NCBI GenBank assembly: GCA_000165345.1
Contig: CM000434.1
Span: 832,001 to 896,000, forward strand
DNA: 64,000 nt
Direction: 5' to 3'
In this document: positions 42,901-51,437 of the stretch, piece by piece
Layout of the letters: every line of letters begins with the position of its first letter
Position numbering within the stretch: the first letter of the stretch is position 1
The notes under the pieces: generated by a model
Told to the model about the DNA's origin: nothing
Seen by the model: the letters and a program-made list of their open reading frames with translations, nothing else
Databases searched by the model: none
Program-made: the position numbers and the translations under genes

Positions 42901-43716
42901 GAGAATATTGTAGCAAAGTATATTAGAGTCCATTTTCCTCAAGCAGGAAACTTTTCAAATATGACAATGGTAAAACTATTAAACAAAGAGACTAAGAGAG
43001 AATTTGCAGCAAAAATGATTAATGAGGAGGAAATACCAAAAAACAATACTATTGAGGATGTATTAATTGACGAGAATTCAAATTTTGAGTATCTTGGTAA
43101 GGTAGAGATAGTTACTCAAGATGAAAATGATGAGGACTACTCAACTATTAAATATGAAAATACATCAATTATTTCTGATAGAATGGGAGTTGATATTGAA
43201 AATAAGGATGTTATTTTCAGTCATCTTATAAAGTCAAGCAACGAAAGTAAAATATACAAAGAACCTTTGCTTTTAGATAAATATCAACCAGATTTTACAG
43301 GTGAATCATTTCCTGAATTCAAGATGGAGAAAGTTGTAATTCCTAATGAAAAAAGTACTGAAAATGAAATATCTCAGAGTTTTAATAAAGATTACAACTC
43401 TGAATCAAAATTAGGAACAAACGAAAAAAAAGAAAATTGGAATAATCACCAAAATGAAAATGGAGATTTGGATGAATATGAAGACTTATACTACTATGGA
43501 TTTGAAAATGATTATGGAAGCAATCATAGCAAGAATCAAATTAGTGACTTTATTCCTTTCATTTCAACCAATAACAAGAAAAACAAATGGGAAGTTCAAA
43601 TAAACAAATCTTCTGGAGATAATAGAAATATACAATATAAAATAACCAAAAAGAATATTCTTTTATTTATATTTGCTTGTTATACTCCTATAATTCTCAT
43701 GTTTGGTTTTATTTAA
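36907..43716 (+). CDS. Giant secreted/membrane glycoprotein (2269 aa): signal peptide, degenerate subtilisin-like (S8) domain, Thr/Ser/Pro mucin repeats, PAN/Apple domain, Cys-rich modules, C-terminal TM
   Basis: The track start at 36898 is a TTG, and the first ATG is at 36907. There is a signal-like LVLKTLLLLLLEYLIINFPGVSS.
- The subtilase-like block at about 39355-39960 reads ILFALPTGNNG...FPCDDLTGMYAFCVGSIN...SSFSN...IYANGEDVESI...FSGTGIALAQSIGALNII, compared with the AAGN...VGA...FSN...APG...GTSMAAPHVAG pattern.
- The mucin region is at about 40336-40755.
- The PAN-like module is at 41035-41258 (C...CILSCSNTPDCRYYSY...GTCILM...C).
- The terminal hydrophobic segment is ILLFIFACYTPIILMFGFI. 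Confidence 0.8.
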   Translation: MFTGSDLKNLVLKTLLLLLLEYLIINFPGVSSIDEKVQERKDDPVAHMDPAPPILFKEMKSPIVGVGDICFGNNCNYYQESKENSPSKDRESYHSVGSKVTRYICILLSENTFTREKEADLFFERLNEYTETSELPFSYVEFYEKLGVFVIDVRSSIKEYEERSIFPLAEGLKLIKKLDILNKADCTKDSLLSEQSVFTSGNEDKSTENYSNSYKWNWSSIPNNFVNFNRILKSEESQGNITNNNQGTEYLTDEAKLYKELDGYFLKKFNEASNLLNKLNMFSSPSSSSSNFNNPTVSSTSFSGGRQSSLWNALNFLSSFSNKEEKSRSTPIQEIEDPIFGKMDPTDGNSKLTISPLYLLGMNLKGKNITELSQKFKNQTSPIVPVDMSREDISLDNDLAMNIATVIFKGMSDSAAKLPPPFGNPAVKNEQKFPEYNYKNHINYLETNANNNYYNSPSISNWSYKPIPQGNNNVIGGYENDQSQLNIQSDHFKGGSFHPSSSNNAINTIDNSIIGFNSVSQVNSNSNSNKVGVHSQSGSGLAPNIFESIDTWGKQSSAYQSTSSSASPPSYYATNGIKTINPNQVTSNGKSNPDLKVPTINSPSTSEWMRKTISKQNEGGIKQPSFINSQNNQTEINKFANNMNQNTPPIVNSNGNHFNSPFSQLSKFSNNPFHGNSAGTTFVKMNGSVFDDDNDITSFHPEGFINKLPEHVQKNMTQSQRDKINLINAFIGTGFDTILQMNNIDSSSSYGNQNNDFFRSSPPKRRLFEIDSSTRGNKMVIDENMKDPNLSDQSNKEYEMYAKLLSNIDTNQGQDTAMAYVTGCDCDRFPEGVACPMVLSGEANIECIGYKVWNSARKGAPLSEIASAIDSAITSKARNIILPLKFDTKTIEENRAAPRILRHIMRRTSRENGILFALPTGNNGKQELDGSLDFPCDDLTGMYAFCVGSINNKNGMPSSFSNVPQLNNAIYANGEDVESIGINQQRRLFSGTGIALAQSIGALNIIQGITKDKTSSFDQLAILYSAPKKLPSRNFLEQLFANSSPITFKPQQQQQQFQKQSSRNETGSSDPVLMFGMGSGNNTNGALGSVSHERIMNSSLMSGNRDNDLDAIMARIESIEKSLAKSGLDGGTVFKGEFPVGGPFSSPSDSSTFSSSSTTTTTTTTSPVSTTTSNASTLTNITTEIPQILNYTNISSSSTSTPSISLNTSTPNIVTTLPSNITTNPPSSITTNPPSSIKTNPPSSIVTTPSSNIATNTPSNITTTTTTSPSRTPRASNPPLTENKEEEYGHYKESNYSPEIIGVVLDPKEVTEVSRLVHSSNEHYNEYYDRYGNHDTVDHEYENDDGYRQYYIDGNEDKNHNYGNTFNSEENMSRNLCYEEETRFYSPLEMAIPVDNIEQCILSCSNTPDCRYYSYGAFLKGPGSIIGTCILMPDKQGSVALPNFQSGALGCPVSASIAYAQAMEERLIQGISNANENSQKSSSAQVNNNLNSDWPGILSTSTVAVKSMSGFLSRFPLNDILQTSISLYNSGFLDQKGALRPSGAFEKQSILPPPGVGSPHVVCTLQGMQCCVPQKSAKGWRKKPPSFLRVEDPSCEAIYVSKTDMFCATTSLYDNQDISSSGYNSLDDFRSQPSFSSNSYSTNPKPSGSCGMVIIETSEHLIFQNTLKMPSKEMNNALCECKLNKRDKSIHGSGTWEYSVQAVQAAMSRKVEGDQLSSGVAQALAWVEAVGNDPNPAVNGLGELISQVAQRPNSDVELITQIPAISQNAVSNMLYNQQQQQIEEQEQIIKKQQSIQQYNNMRYLLSQNETDTNNANTQSQSDQCVTSWPEKCQIWKSKCEDNLIYGYKNPQCVPLTILENGCPMKQVGFKVNQINPGILSFSFKPMRFSDNSPFRIACQFSLIKCTLANIKSKCKSNGTNNFKKPKNLNGDDENNAINNIRKHLNNHKNQNNNKNNNLFHRKDTNDKSKNNELKHLFKIPMNYLPYIPKDTGESDEKSENIVAKYIRVHFPQAGNFSNMTMVKLLNKETKREFAAKMINEEEIPKNNTIEDVLIDENSNFEYLGKVEIVTQDENDEDYSTIKYENTSIISDRMGVDIENKDVIFSHLIKSSNESKIYKEPLLLDKYQPDFTGESFPEFKMEKVVIPNEKSTENEISQSFNKDYNSESKLGTNEKKENWNNHQNENGDLDEYEDLYYYGFENDYGSNHSKNQISDFIPFISTNNKKNKWEVQINKSSGDNRNIQYKITKKNILLFIFACYTPIILMFGFI
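40522..40689 (+). repeat. 24-nt (8-aa) tandem repeat, 7 copies, inside the mucin region
   Basis: The unit is ACAACAAACCCTCCTTCCAGCATC (TTNPPSSI). Three near-identical core copies lie at 40570-40593, 40594-40617 and 40618-40641. They are flanked by two degenerate copies on each side (40522-40545, 40546-40569, 40642-40665, 40666-40689). Confidence 0.9.
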
Positions 43717-43896
43717 GCATAGGAAAAACTACCCCACAGAATAATCATTCCAACTCTTCATGAATTACTTTGAAATAAAAAAAAAGATTTAAAAGGGAAC
43801 TAAGAAAAATTACAAAAATACCTAAGCAATAAAATTTGATTTCTTCCTCCTTCCCCCCATAAATCTAATATTAAAAATTTTTTAAAAAAAATATAT

Positions 43897-43948
43897 AAAA
43901 AGGTACCCGGTACCTTTTTTTTGAAAGAAATTATATATGCCGGTATAT
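43897..43948. promoter_or_regulatory. Near-perfect palindrome AAAAAGGTACC-C-GGTACCTTTTT plus ATGCCGGTATAT
   Basis: The 11-nt inverted arms at 43897-43907 and 43909-43919 flank a single C. The CCGGTAT-type word is at 43937-43948. The patch lies 180 bp after the giant gene stop and about 215-260 bp before the TRAPPC5 ATG. Confidence 0.4.
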
Positions 43949-44160
43949 TATTTAACGGTGTGAAGATTAGCAAGAAAACTTTTTTTTTATTTAGGATCAT
44001 GGAAACTTGAAAGATTTGAGTTTTAATAGAGAAACAGTCAAAGCAGCTTTTTTTTTTTCTTCCTTTTATAACTCTAACTTAAGACACCAATAAATGGTGG
44101 ATCTGGAAATAAATATATATTAATATATTTCGATAATTCACCCGAAGTAAAAATTTGAAA

Positions 44161-45111
44161 ATGCTGAAAATTGATAGGCAAAATAAAAAAGGGGCCTCTC
44201 AACCATTAGAAAGAAATATTATGAAATGTTCTCCTGAAGTAAGTTTTGAAAATGAGTAGGAAAGTTGGAGAAATGTATTTATAAATGTTATATTATATGC
44301 ATTACCAATTCCTTTATTTATTTGATTTCAACGTTATTATTATTCTATTTATATAAAATTCAAATTTTAAATATTTAAATATTAGATTAATTTAAGTTCC
44401 TTTGCATTTTTATTTTCTGAAATGGTTCAATATTCCCTATCTTGCCTGAAACCAGGAATTAGGCTTGAAGATAAGTAAGTTGATAAAATATTGACTTTAT
44501 TACCTTTGATGGATTGCAAATTGTTAATTATTAACTCTTTTAAAATTAAAGACTTCATGAAATGGGGATTTCTGTTGGATTTAAAATAGTTGAGCTAATT
44601 TCAATTAGAGATAAAGCTCATCAAAAAAGAGAAACTAGAATACTTCAAATTCTTTCTTTTATATCTCAAAAGTGTTGGAAGTATTTATTTGGACATACTG
44701 GGGATTTACTTAAAGGGCAGGAATCTGATGATGAATGTAAGTTGAAAAATTATGATTTAAAGCTCAGAAAACCAAGAATATTTAAATTTCTTTTTCTCAG
44801 ATATGATCAATGATAAAAATCTTCTTTTAAACAAATTCATCTCTGTACCAAGGGTAGGTAGTGTTTGAATATTATTACAATAATAATAATTTTAACAAAA
44901 TGATTAATTAACCAATATTTAGGATCTTGAACATATTAATTGTGGTGCATATGCTGCAGGAATTGTATCAGGTATTCTAGATAGTTCAGAATTTCCTGCC
45001 AATGTGACAGCTCATACCACTGAAGATACCCCAAATAACTATAGTACAACCATTTTGATTAAATTCGACAAATCTGTACTTCTTAGAGATAAATCTATTC
45101 AATCATTTTAG
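44161..45111 (+). CDS. TRAPPC5: TRAPP complex subunit 5 (Trs31/TRAPPC5), 5 exons (197 aa); only one exon visible in the ORF track
   Basis: Exons are 44161-44238, 44386-44474, 44552-44736, 44801-44853 and 44923-45111 (78+89+185+53+189=594 nt). The donors are GTAAGT three times and GTAGGT once, and all acceptors are AG. The product MLKIDRQNKKGASQPLERNIMKCSPEINLSSFAFLFSEMVQY...RETRILQILSFISQKCWKYLFGHTGDLL...YMINDKNLLLNKFISVPR...INCGAYAAGIVSGILDSSEFPANVTAH...TTILIKFDKSVLLRDK is collinear with human TRAPPC5 as recalled (EVSLSAFALLFSELVQ, RETKVLGALLFVKGAVWKALFGKEADKL, YISVPKE, NCASFTAGIVEAVLTHSGFPAKVTAH, TTLMIKFEEAVIARD). Confidence 0.85.
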
Positions 45112-45225
45112 TGAATAACTTTTTACTCATTTTCACTCTTATTTACAGAATTAGCTTGAATAATTATTTATATCAATATTAGATTATATACTTGATTACC
45201 AATAATTGTTGAATAATAAAAACCA

Positions 45226-47136
45226 TTATAAATTACAGAATCTATATATAGTCACAGAATATTTAGGCACATTCAACATATAGGATACATTATTTTCTGC
45301 AGAATCTTGTATTGAATACTTGATTTGCCCTTTTTTAGGGCTTGTATAGCTACCATCCCATCCTCCGTATTCTTCAGATTGAGAATTAAACTCTTGCTTC
45401 AATTCCCTACCAAAAGATTGGATAATGTTCTGATCTATCTTAACTTGGTAATTATTTTCAAGCCATTCAGTTTTATCCATATTTACAACACATAAAAATG
45501 CTTTGTCCTTGCTTTTTCTAATAAAAACAACGACAAAGTTTGACGTGTTTACATTAAAATGAGAGAAGTTATTGTAATTTGAGGCAAATACTTCTTTTTC
45601 TTTAGTTTTAAGAAGATTGATATCTTTAACCAATTTTCTCATTTGTTGTGTGACTTGGTCATTATTCTTAATTAATCCCCAATCATAGTTATAAGCTTTA
45701 TCTTTAGCTGACCACCATTTCCCTTGTAGATTCTCTGTACCCATAAAAACCATTGGTATTCCAAAAGATATACAAGATAATGAATACAATAACCTACAGT
45801 ATGCTCTTGCATCCCAATTTTGTCTTCCACCAAATTGATCTACTATATATCTCCCAATGCGATCATCACCAGAGGGATTACCACCATTACATCTATTCCC
45901 AGCTTGATCATGATTCCCTAACATTGTTAGAATGCATTGACTAGTGGAATCAAACCCACTGTGACCTTGTATTAGAGATTTAGAATATCCAGAATTCCAT
46001 TCTTGCTGAGTTTTTTGGTTCCTAAACTGAGAAATAATATCATAATATGATGAGTGAATCCAACATGAATCAAATCCACATTCTTTTAAATAGTTTGGGT
46101 TTTCAGGTACAACTTCTGCAATTAGAAACCTACCAGGAAATTCTTCCTTCAATCTAAATGTGATATTCTTCAATAACCAGTTTGGCATATTATGAACACT
46201 ATCAAAACGTATTCCATCAACTCCATACTCACCCAAAAGTACTCTACATGCTTCATATAACATATCTTGTACTTCTTTTTTATGGAAATTGAATTTGGCT
46301 CCCCAGCCAGTATCACCACCTCCCTCAAAGTATATTCCTCCTTGGTGATTATATCCATCAAAATTCCATAGTGAGTTAAGCTTGGATGCTCCGTGATGAA
46401 GAACTAAATCTACAACAATAAATAAATCTTTTTCATGGACTTTCTGGACTAAATATATGAAGTCATCAACCGACCCTAAGTGACTATTAATACTTAATAG
46501 TAGCCTTGGGTTATAGCCCCATTCTCCACAATACTCTACAATAGGCATAAGCTCTAAACAATTAAAGTTTAAATCCTTAATGTTGTCGAGCCCATAGTCA
46601 GCAATTTGCCTAAAAAAGCTCGGGTTCTTGCTAAATTTTGCTTCAGATTGAAGTGGAAAGTACTCTGAAAATCTTCGAATGTAACTTTCAACGTGTAACT
46701 CATAAATAATTAAATGATTAAACTCATGTTTTTTTAAATATTCTCGAATTGACTTATTAAAGTTTCCAAGAGTATCAGTAATGTAAGATGAATCAGTATC
46801 ATAATCAGTATATCTAGCATAAGGATCCCTCCTTGTTATTTTTTCTCCATTTGATGTTTCCAACAGAAAGTGATACCTTTCATTCATATTCACATTTTTC
46901 ATTATCACTCTTTTTATATTTATTTCATCGTCATTTTCCATTAAGAAGCTTTCATTTGTACCACTATTTACGAGCCAAACATTCTTACAATGCACTACCC
47001 ATAACCTAAAAATACATATACCAAATTCTTTATAAAACATTGCTCCCATCTTTTTTTCCTGTTTCTTAATGTAATTTGGCAACTCTTCATATTTAATTTG
47101 ACTCCATTCAACCTTTTCATTTCTCAATTCACTCAT
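45226..47136 (-). CDS. GH13 alpha-glucan enzyme, branching-enzyme-like (N-terminal E-set/CBM48-like plus alpha-amylase catalytic domain)
   Basis: 636-aa ORF.
- The N-terminal segment is FRLWVVHCKNVWLV...YHFLLETSNGEKITRRDPYARY.
- The GH13 conserved regions are IIYELHVESY, IVVDLVLHHGA (region I), GVDGIRFDSVHNM (region II, catalytic Asp), FLIAEVV (region III, Glu) and MLGNHDQAGN (region IV).
- Whether it is a branching enzyme or another GH13 activity cannot be decided by eye. Confidence 0.75.
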   Translation of the reverse strand: MSELRNEKVEWSQIKYEELPNYIKKQEKKMGAMFYKEFGICIFRLWVVHCKNVWLVNSGTNESFLMENDDEINIKRVIMKNVNMNERYHFLLETSNGEKITRRDPYARYTDYDTDSSYITDTLGNFNKSIREYLKKHEFNHLIIYELHVESYIRRFSEYFPLQSEAKFSKNPSFFRQIADYGLDNIKDLNFNCLELMPIVEYCGEWGYNPRLLLSINSHLGSVDDFIYLVQKVHEKDLFIVVDLVLHHGASKLNSLWNFDGYNHQGGIYFEGGGDTGWGAKFNFHKKEVQDMLYEACRVLLGEYGVDGIRFDSVHNMPNWLLKNITFRLKEEFPGRFLIAEVVPENPNYLKECGFDSCWIHSSYYDIISQFRNQKTQQEWNSGYSKSLIQGHSGFDSTSQCILTMLGNHDQAGNRCNGGNPSGDDRIGRYIVDQFGGRQNWDARAYCRLLYSLSCISFGIPMVFMGTENLQGKWWSAKDKAYNYDWGLIKNNDQVTQQMRKLVKDINLLKTKEKEVFASNYNNFSHFNVNTSNFVVVFIRKSKDKAFLCVVNMDKTEWLENNYQVKIDQNIIQSFGRELKQEFNSQSEEYGGWDGSYTSPKKGQIKYSIQDSAENNVSYMLNVPKYSVTIYRFCNL

Positions 47137-47271
47137 ATTAATTACTTGATTTGATTATTCAGTTTTGAAGCTTTTTATATATTCTTGTAAAAAGAATTTC
47201 TTTTTTTTTTTAAAAAAAAAAATAACTTTTTTTAAAGAATTATTTAATTAAAACAAATGTTAAACTATTTT

Positions 47272-47394
47272 TTTCCACATGCATTTGTACAGCTCTATAA
47301 ATTTGTTGTATACCGGCATTTTAACAAATTTGCATGCATACGAAGTGACGTGTCATTTTTTTTTAAATGACTAATCGACACGTATGTGGACAAA
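47272..47394. promoter_or_regulatory. Composite motif module (instance 8)
   Basis: TTTCCACATGCAT 47272-47284; GTATACCGGCAT 47308-47319; TTTGCATGCATAC 47329-47341; GTGACGTGTCA 47345-47355; GACACGTATGTGGACAAA 47377-47394. The module lies 136 bp from the GH13 ATG. TTGGCGCG at 47727-47734 lies further on. Confidence 0.5.
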
Positions 47395-48102
47395 TATGTT
47401 ACAAAGAATAAATAACAAAGATTCGCTAAAATTTAGAATTTTGATTTTTTTTCCAATTTTTTTTTAAAAAAAGGGAATAAATGTAAAAATAAAATCATCG
47501 TAATAAGTGTCAAATACTACAATCGAAAGAAAAGAAAATCGATCTGGATATTTCTCTTCCATTTTAAATAATCATATTCAAAAAATAATATTATAGTTAA
47601 CTGAATATCATGGTAAATATATTTGGTGAAGAGTAATATTTTCAAATATTAAGTTAAACTCGATAAAAAAAAAATAATTTTTTGAAATATTTACAATATA
47701 TATCAATATTAAATAAATTATTAAAGTTGGCGCGTAAATGTTAATGTCAAATAGAAATAGCCAGATACTTTAAAACAGTCAAAAAGGGAAGATAAGTAGT
47801 TATTATATATTAAATTTCAATTGAAATTTAATATGTTTTTGCGTCAAAAATTTTAATATAAAAATTCAAAAATAGTTATTTGAGACTAAAAAAAAATTCA
47901 ACAAATACTTTAATATTTAATAAAAAGACTTTCAATATATAAGTTATACTCTTAAATAACAATTTATTATAGTAAAAGATTCATTGATAAAACAATTGAC
48001 TAAAAGCTATTCTTTTTGGTATTTATGAGCAAAAGTTCAAGTGTAGTTTTCTTTGGGTTTTATTGGGATTAGACAAAATAGATGAGACTGTGAGTATACA
48101 AG

Positions 48103-50520
48103 ATGAGCCAAGATCGAAATAATTCATATAAATTGGATAAATCTAATTTAAATATTAGACAGATTATTTCAAAAAATATATATCCAATTGAGGTTTTATT
48201 AAAACTTTATAAGCCTTTAAATGTTCCAAGAAGTATCTTCAAATTGGAAACAGCTATTCAAAGGAGTAATATTCACACTTCGAATAATTTTGGATTTTCA
48301 AGAAATTCTGGCTCTAATAGACAATACTCTAATTATTTAGAAAGAAAACATAAAAATGGATATTTTAATAATCAAAATAAAGCTTTCAGTACGTTTGATA
48401 CAAATCACTCCCCCACAAAAAATCCACAAGTTTTTGAAGAGGGAGGAGCTAATGGAATAAATAATGGGTATTCTTGGAGGAAGAATAAGCCTATAACAGA
48501 TAATAATGTTAATCAAGAATCTAAACGTGGAAATCATACCAAACCAAGTAAAAACACTGAAAAAGTGGAGACTGCAATAGGATTTAGCGCTCGTAACCAA
48601 TTAACTGATTTAGAGAAAGATATGTCATCCATTGAGAAAATCTTAAACAATAGGTTTGAAAAGGAGAGCATTGATTCTGAGAAATTTATTAGAAATAAGC
48701 TTGTTATGGCATTAGAAGGAATTGACTCGAGAATTTCTCAAAGTCACAATACCGAAACGCTGTCGGGTGTTAATAATAGTGAGAAAATCAAAGTGCCATT
48801 TTCTGATAAGTTAATTGATACTGGAAGTGATTTAACTGATGAAAAGGCTCATAATGTAATTCACAGTGATTTCAAAGACATAATGTTATCTAATTACTAT
48901 TATCATGGTAATTGTGCAACAGCAGATTCAAGACTATTTAAGAGTAATATAGTCAAAAACAATGTATTGAATGGTAAGTTTGTAAACAATTCAAGAACCG
49001 TTCAGAATATAAGCTGTAACAATGATCTTAATAGCTTTAATGAGAGTAATATAGGAATTGATAGCAATAATATAAATGTTAATTTATTGGGTATTGAAAC
49101 TAATAAAGACCATTCAAGGGTAAATAATATCCAAAACAACTTTAATAATTTCAGAATTGATAACCAATTAATTCAAAATCAACATAAAGTTGGTCTGGAA
49201 ATGAGACAAGAAATAGATATGCTTAATATTCCGATTTGGTTATATAAAGAATCAGGTTCTTTAACAGTGAATGGACCTTTTTCAACAAGACATATGAGCA
49301 GTTTATGGAAAAGTTATACATTTACTCATGAAACATTGTTTACAATGACTTCAAAACATGTTTGGGGACCAATAAACTTATTTTACCCAGATGTTAAATC
49401 AACATTTACTTATATTCCTGATTTGGAAGTAATATTACAAAGACTTACAGATTCTTCAATCCAAAATGATAAAGTAGAGAAAATTAAAAGTGAGGATATT
49501 TCATCTATTATTTCAGAAATCAATGAGCTACAATTAGATGTTGGTGATCACCATATTTCTGCTCCGAAGTTGATTAGTAATGAAAAGGTGAATAAAAGTT
49601 TTAATACTGAAAAGAATTTATCCAGTACTCTAAGTTCTGGAAAAGATTCAGTTAAAGTGAAAGATTTAAAGTCTGATCGTGATAACTCAGTTGTCGAATC
49701 ACAAAAAAGTGAGAATAATTGTGATCTTGTATCAGAAATAATACAACCTTCATCCGCAAAAGTTCCTTGGGGAGGGGTTACTACTGAAAATTTTAAAGCA
49801 AAGAGAGAAGTTGTGAATTTCCAGGATATATTAAGAGAGGAAGAGATCACTTCTAAGGAAAAGCTTAGAATAGAAGCTATGAATCGAGCAAATAATAAGA
49901 GCAATAATTTGGAAGCTTTCAATAATAAAGATACACCTAAAGGTTGGAAAAGAATTCCGAAGGAAAGATCGTGTATTTTTTTGGATTCAATTGATGAACA
50001 AGATTCTTCAGTCAATGATCAAACTAATCAGATCTTATATAAAGTACCTTACTCGAATAATATTAATATTAATAATGGGAATAAATGGAAAGGTTGGGGA
50101 ATCAAATCTGGAGAATCAACAAATGCTGATTTATTTGAAACCATTGCTTTGAATTCGGTCAATAACTTTTCAACGAATCAAATACAACGAAACAATCAAA
50201 AGGGTTTCTGGGAAATGTGTAATTCCGACTCTTTACACAAAAGTTATATGTGGGGTAATAATAATCGTATTATGACATGTAATCAAGTTAATGAAAACAT
50301 TGGTTCAGAGGTAATCGATCATAAAGCAGAATGTAGTTTTGATGAGATTGAGAAGGAAGAAATAAATAAAGACCTTTACAAGGAATCTGAGCTTAATACC
50401 ACAACCAAACTTTTAAATCATAAAAATAAGAGAAAAAAAGGAAAGAAAGTAGACTCATCTCTGTTAGCTTTTGGAATCCGTTCAGACAAACCACGAAATT
50501 TGAATTATGATTTGGATTAG
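48103..50520 (+). CDS. Low-complexity protein with a GYF-like domain (805 aa)
   Basis: Single ORF from an ATG. The segment PIWLYKESGSLTVNGPFSTRHMSSLWKSYTFTHETLF resembles the GYF domain core (W.Y.D..G...GPF....M..W...GYF). The rest is Asn/Ser-rich. Confidence 0.5.
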   Translation: MSQDRNNSYKLDKSNLNIRQIISKNIYPIEVLLKLYKPLNVPRSIFKLETAIQRSNIHTSNNFGFSRNSGSNRQYSNYLERKHKNGYFNNQNKAFSTFDTNHSPTKNPQVFEEGGANGINNGYSWRKNKPITDNNVNQESKRGNHTKPSKNTEKVETAIGFSARNQLTDLEKDMSSIEKILNNRFEKESIDSEKFIRNKLVMALEGIDSRISQSHNTETLSGVNNSEKIKVPFSDKLIDTGSDLTDEKAHNVIHSDFKDIMLSNYYYHGNCATADSRLFKSNIVKNNVLNGKFVNNSRTVQNISCNNDLNSFNESNIGIDSNNINVNLLGIETNKDHSRVNNIQNNFNNFRIDNQLIQNQHKVGLEMRQEIDMLNIPIWLYKESGSLTVNGPFSTRHMSSLWKSYTFTHETLFTMTSKHVWGPINLFYPDVKSTFTYIPDLEVILQRLTDSSIQNDKVEKIKSEDISSIISEINELQLDVGDHHISAPKLISNEKVNKSFNTEKNLSSTLSSGKDSVKVKDLKSDRDNSVVESQKSENNCDLVSEIIQPSSAKVPWGGVTTENFKAKREVVNFQDILREEEITSKEKLRIEAMNRANNKSNNLEAFNNKDTPKGWKRIPKERSCIFLDSIDEQDSSVNDQTNQILYKVPYSNNININNGNKWKGWGIKSGESTNADLFETIALNSVNNFSTNQIQRNNQKGFWEMCNSDSLHKSYMWGNNNRIMTCNQVNENIGSEVIDHKAECSFDEIEKEEINKDLYKESELNTTTKLLNHKNKRKKGKKVDSSLLAFGIRSDKPRNLNYDLD

Positions 50521-50635
50521 GGATCAAATATAGTTAAATATTTAAAATGATCATTTATCAATCTTTTTTTTTACTATTTTTGAATATTTCTTGTATATTA
50601 TTTAATGTATATAATTGTAGAATTTTTCTTTCCCC

Positions 50636-50739
50636 CCACATACACACACATGTGGACAAATAATTCAATACCGGTATTTCGTAATATGACAAAATTGCAT
50701 GCACATACGTGTAAAAAAAGTTTGCATGCAATTACGTGG
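50636..50739. promoter_or_regulatory. Composite motif module (instance 9)
   Basis: CCCACATACACACACATGTGGACAAA 50635-50660; AATACCGGTATT 50667-50678; TTGCATGCACATACGTGTA 50695-50713; TTTGCATGCAATTACGTGG 50721-50739. The module lies 115 bp after the stop at 50520 and 700 bp before the ATG at 51438. Confidence 0.5.
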
Positions 50740-51437
50740 TAGAAAGTAGATTATTATGCGAATAAGTAAATGCGATTAGTTTTTATAAAGTTAGTTTTAA
50801 TATATGAAATATAAGATTTTTTTTTCTTCTAAATTTGTTTCATCAGAAAAAAATTGGTAAAGAATAAATTTAGTTGAATAAAAAATAATAATAATAATAG
50901 GAAAACTTTAACTTTGATAAATAGTGGTTAAGTGAGTTATTATGGCCTTTAGCTACAAAAAAAATGGCTACACAGTTTGGCGGCAAGTGCGTAGAAATTG
51001 TGGATGTGTGTGAGAATGGAAATAAATTAAGCTGGAGAAAAAAAAAAAATCGTATTTAATAAAGTAAATGGAAAAGGCCTGCTCAAATAGAGAGGAAAGA
51101 AAGACCAAGAAAGAGAAATAGTATTGATCCAGCGAGAAGTGAAGAAAAGTAGGCGAGTAAAGATAGGAAAGAACGAAGATTGTGAAGTTGAAATATTGGA
51201 GTAGATGAACATAAATTGAGCCATAATAAAGAGGTATATATACATATATCTATATATGTATATATGCAATATATACGTGGAATGCATAATTAATAGAGAT
51301 ACAAGTTTCGAAGCAAAGGCATTTTCACGCACAAAATAATTTATTTTCTAGGTATTAAATTAAATTACATGAAATTAAATCGGAAATTTCAAAAGGAAAG
51401 CAAATATAATTGAAATTTTAGTGGATAATTCAATGAG

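Noticed and set aside
43897-43919. AAAAAGGTACC-C-GGTACCTTTTT considered as a hairpin transcription terminator
   Set aside because: The arms are separated by a single nucleotide, which is too short for a hairpin loop, and rho-independent termination is not a eukaryotic Pol II mechanism. It is kept only as a candidate protein-binding palindrome.
51027-51332. 101-aa minus-strand ORF in the spacer upstream of the 51438 gene
   Set aside because: It reads through a (TA)n-rich low-complexity stretch and the antisense of a purine-rich leader. There is no ATG context or motif, so it is likely noise.
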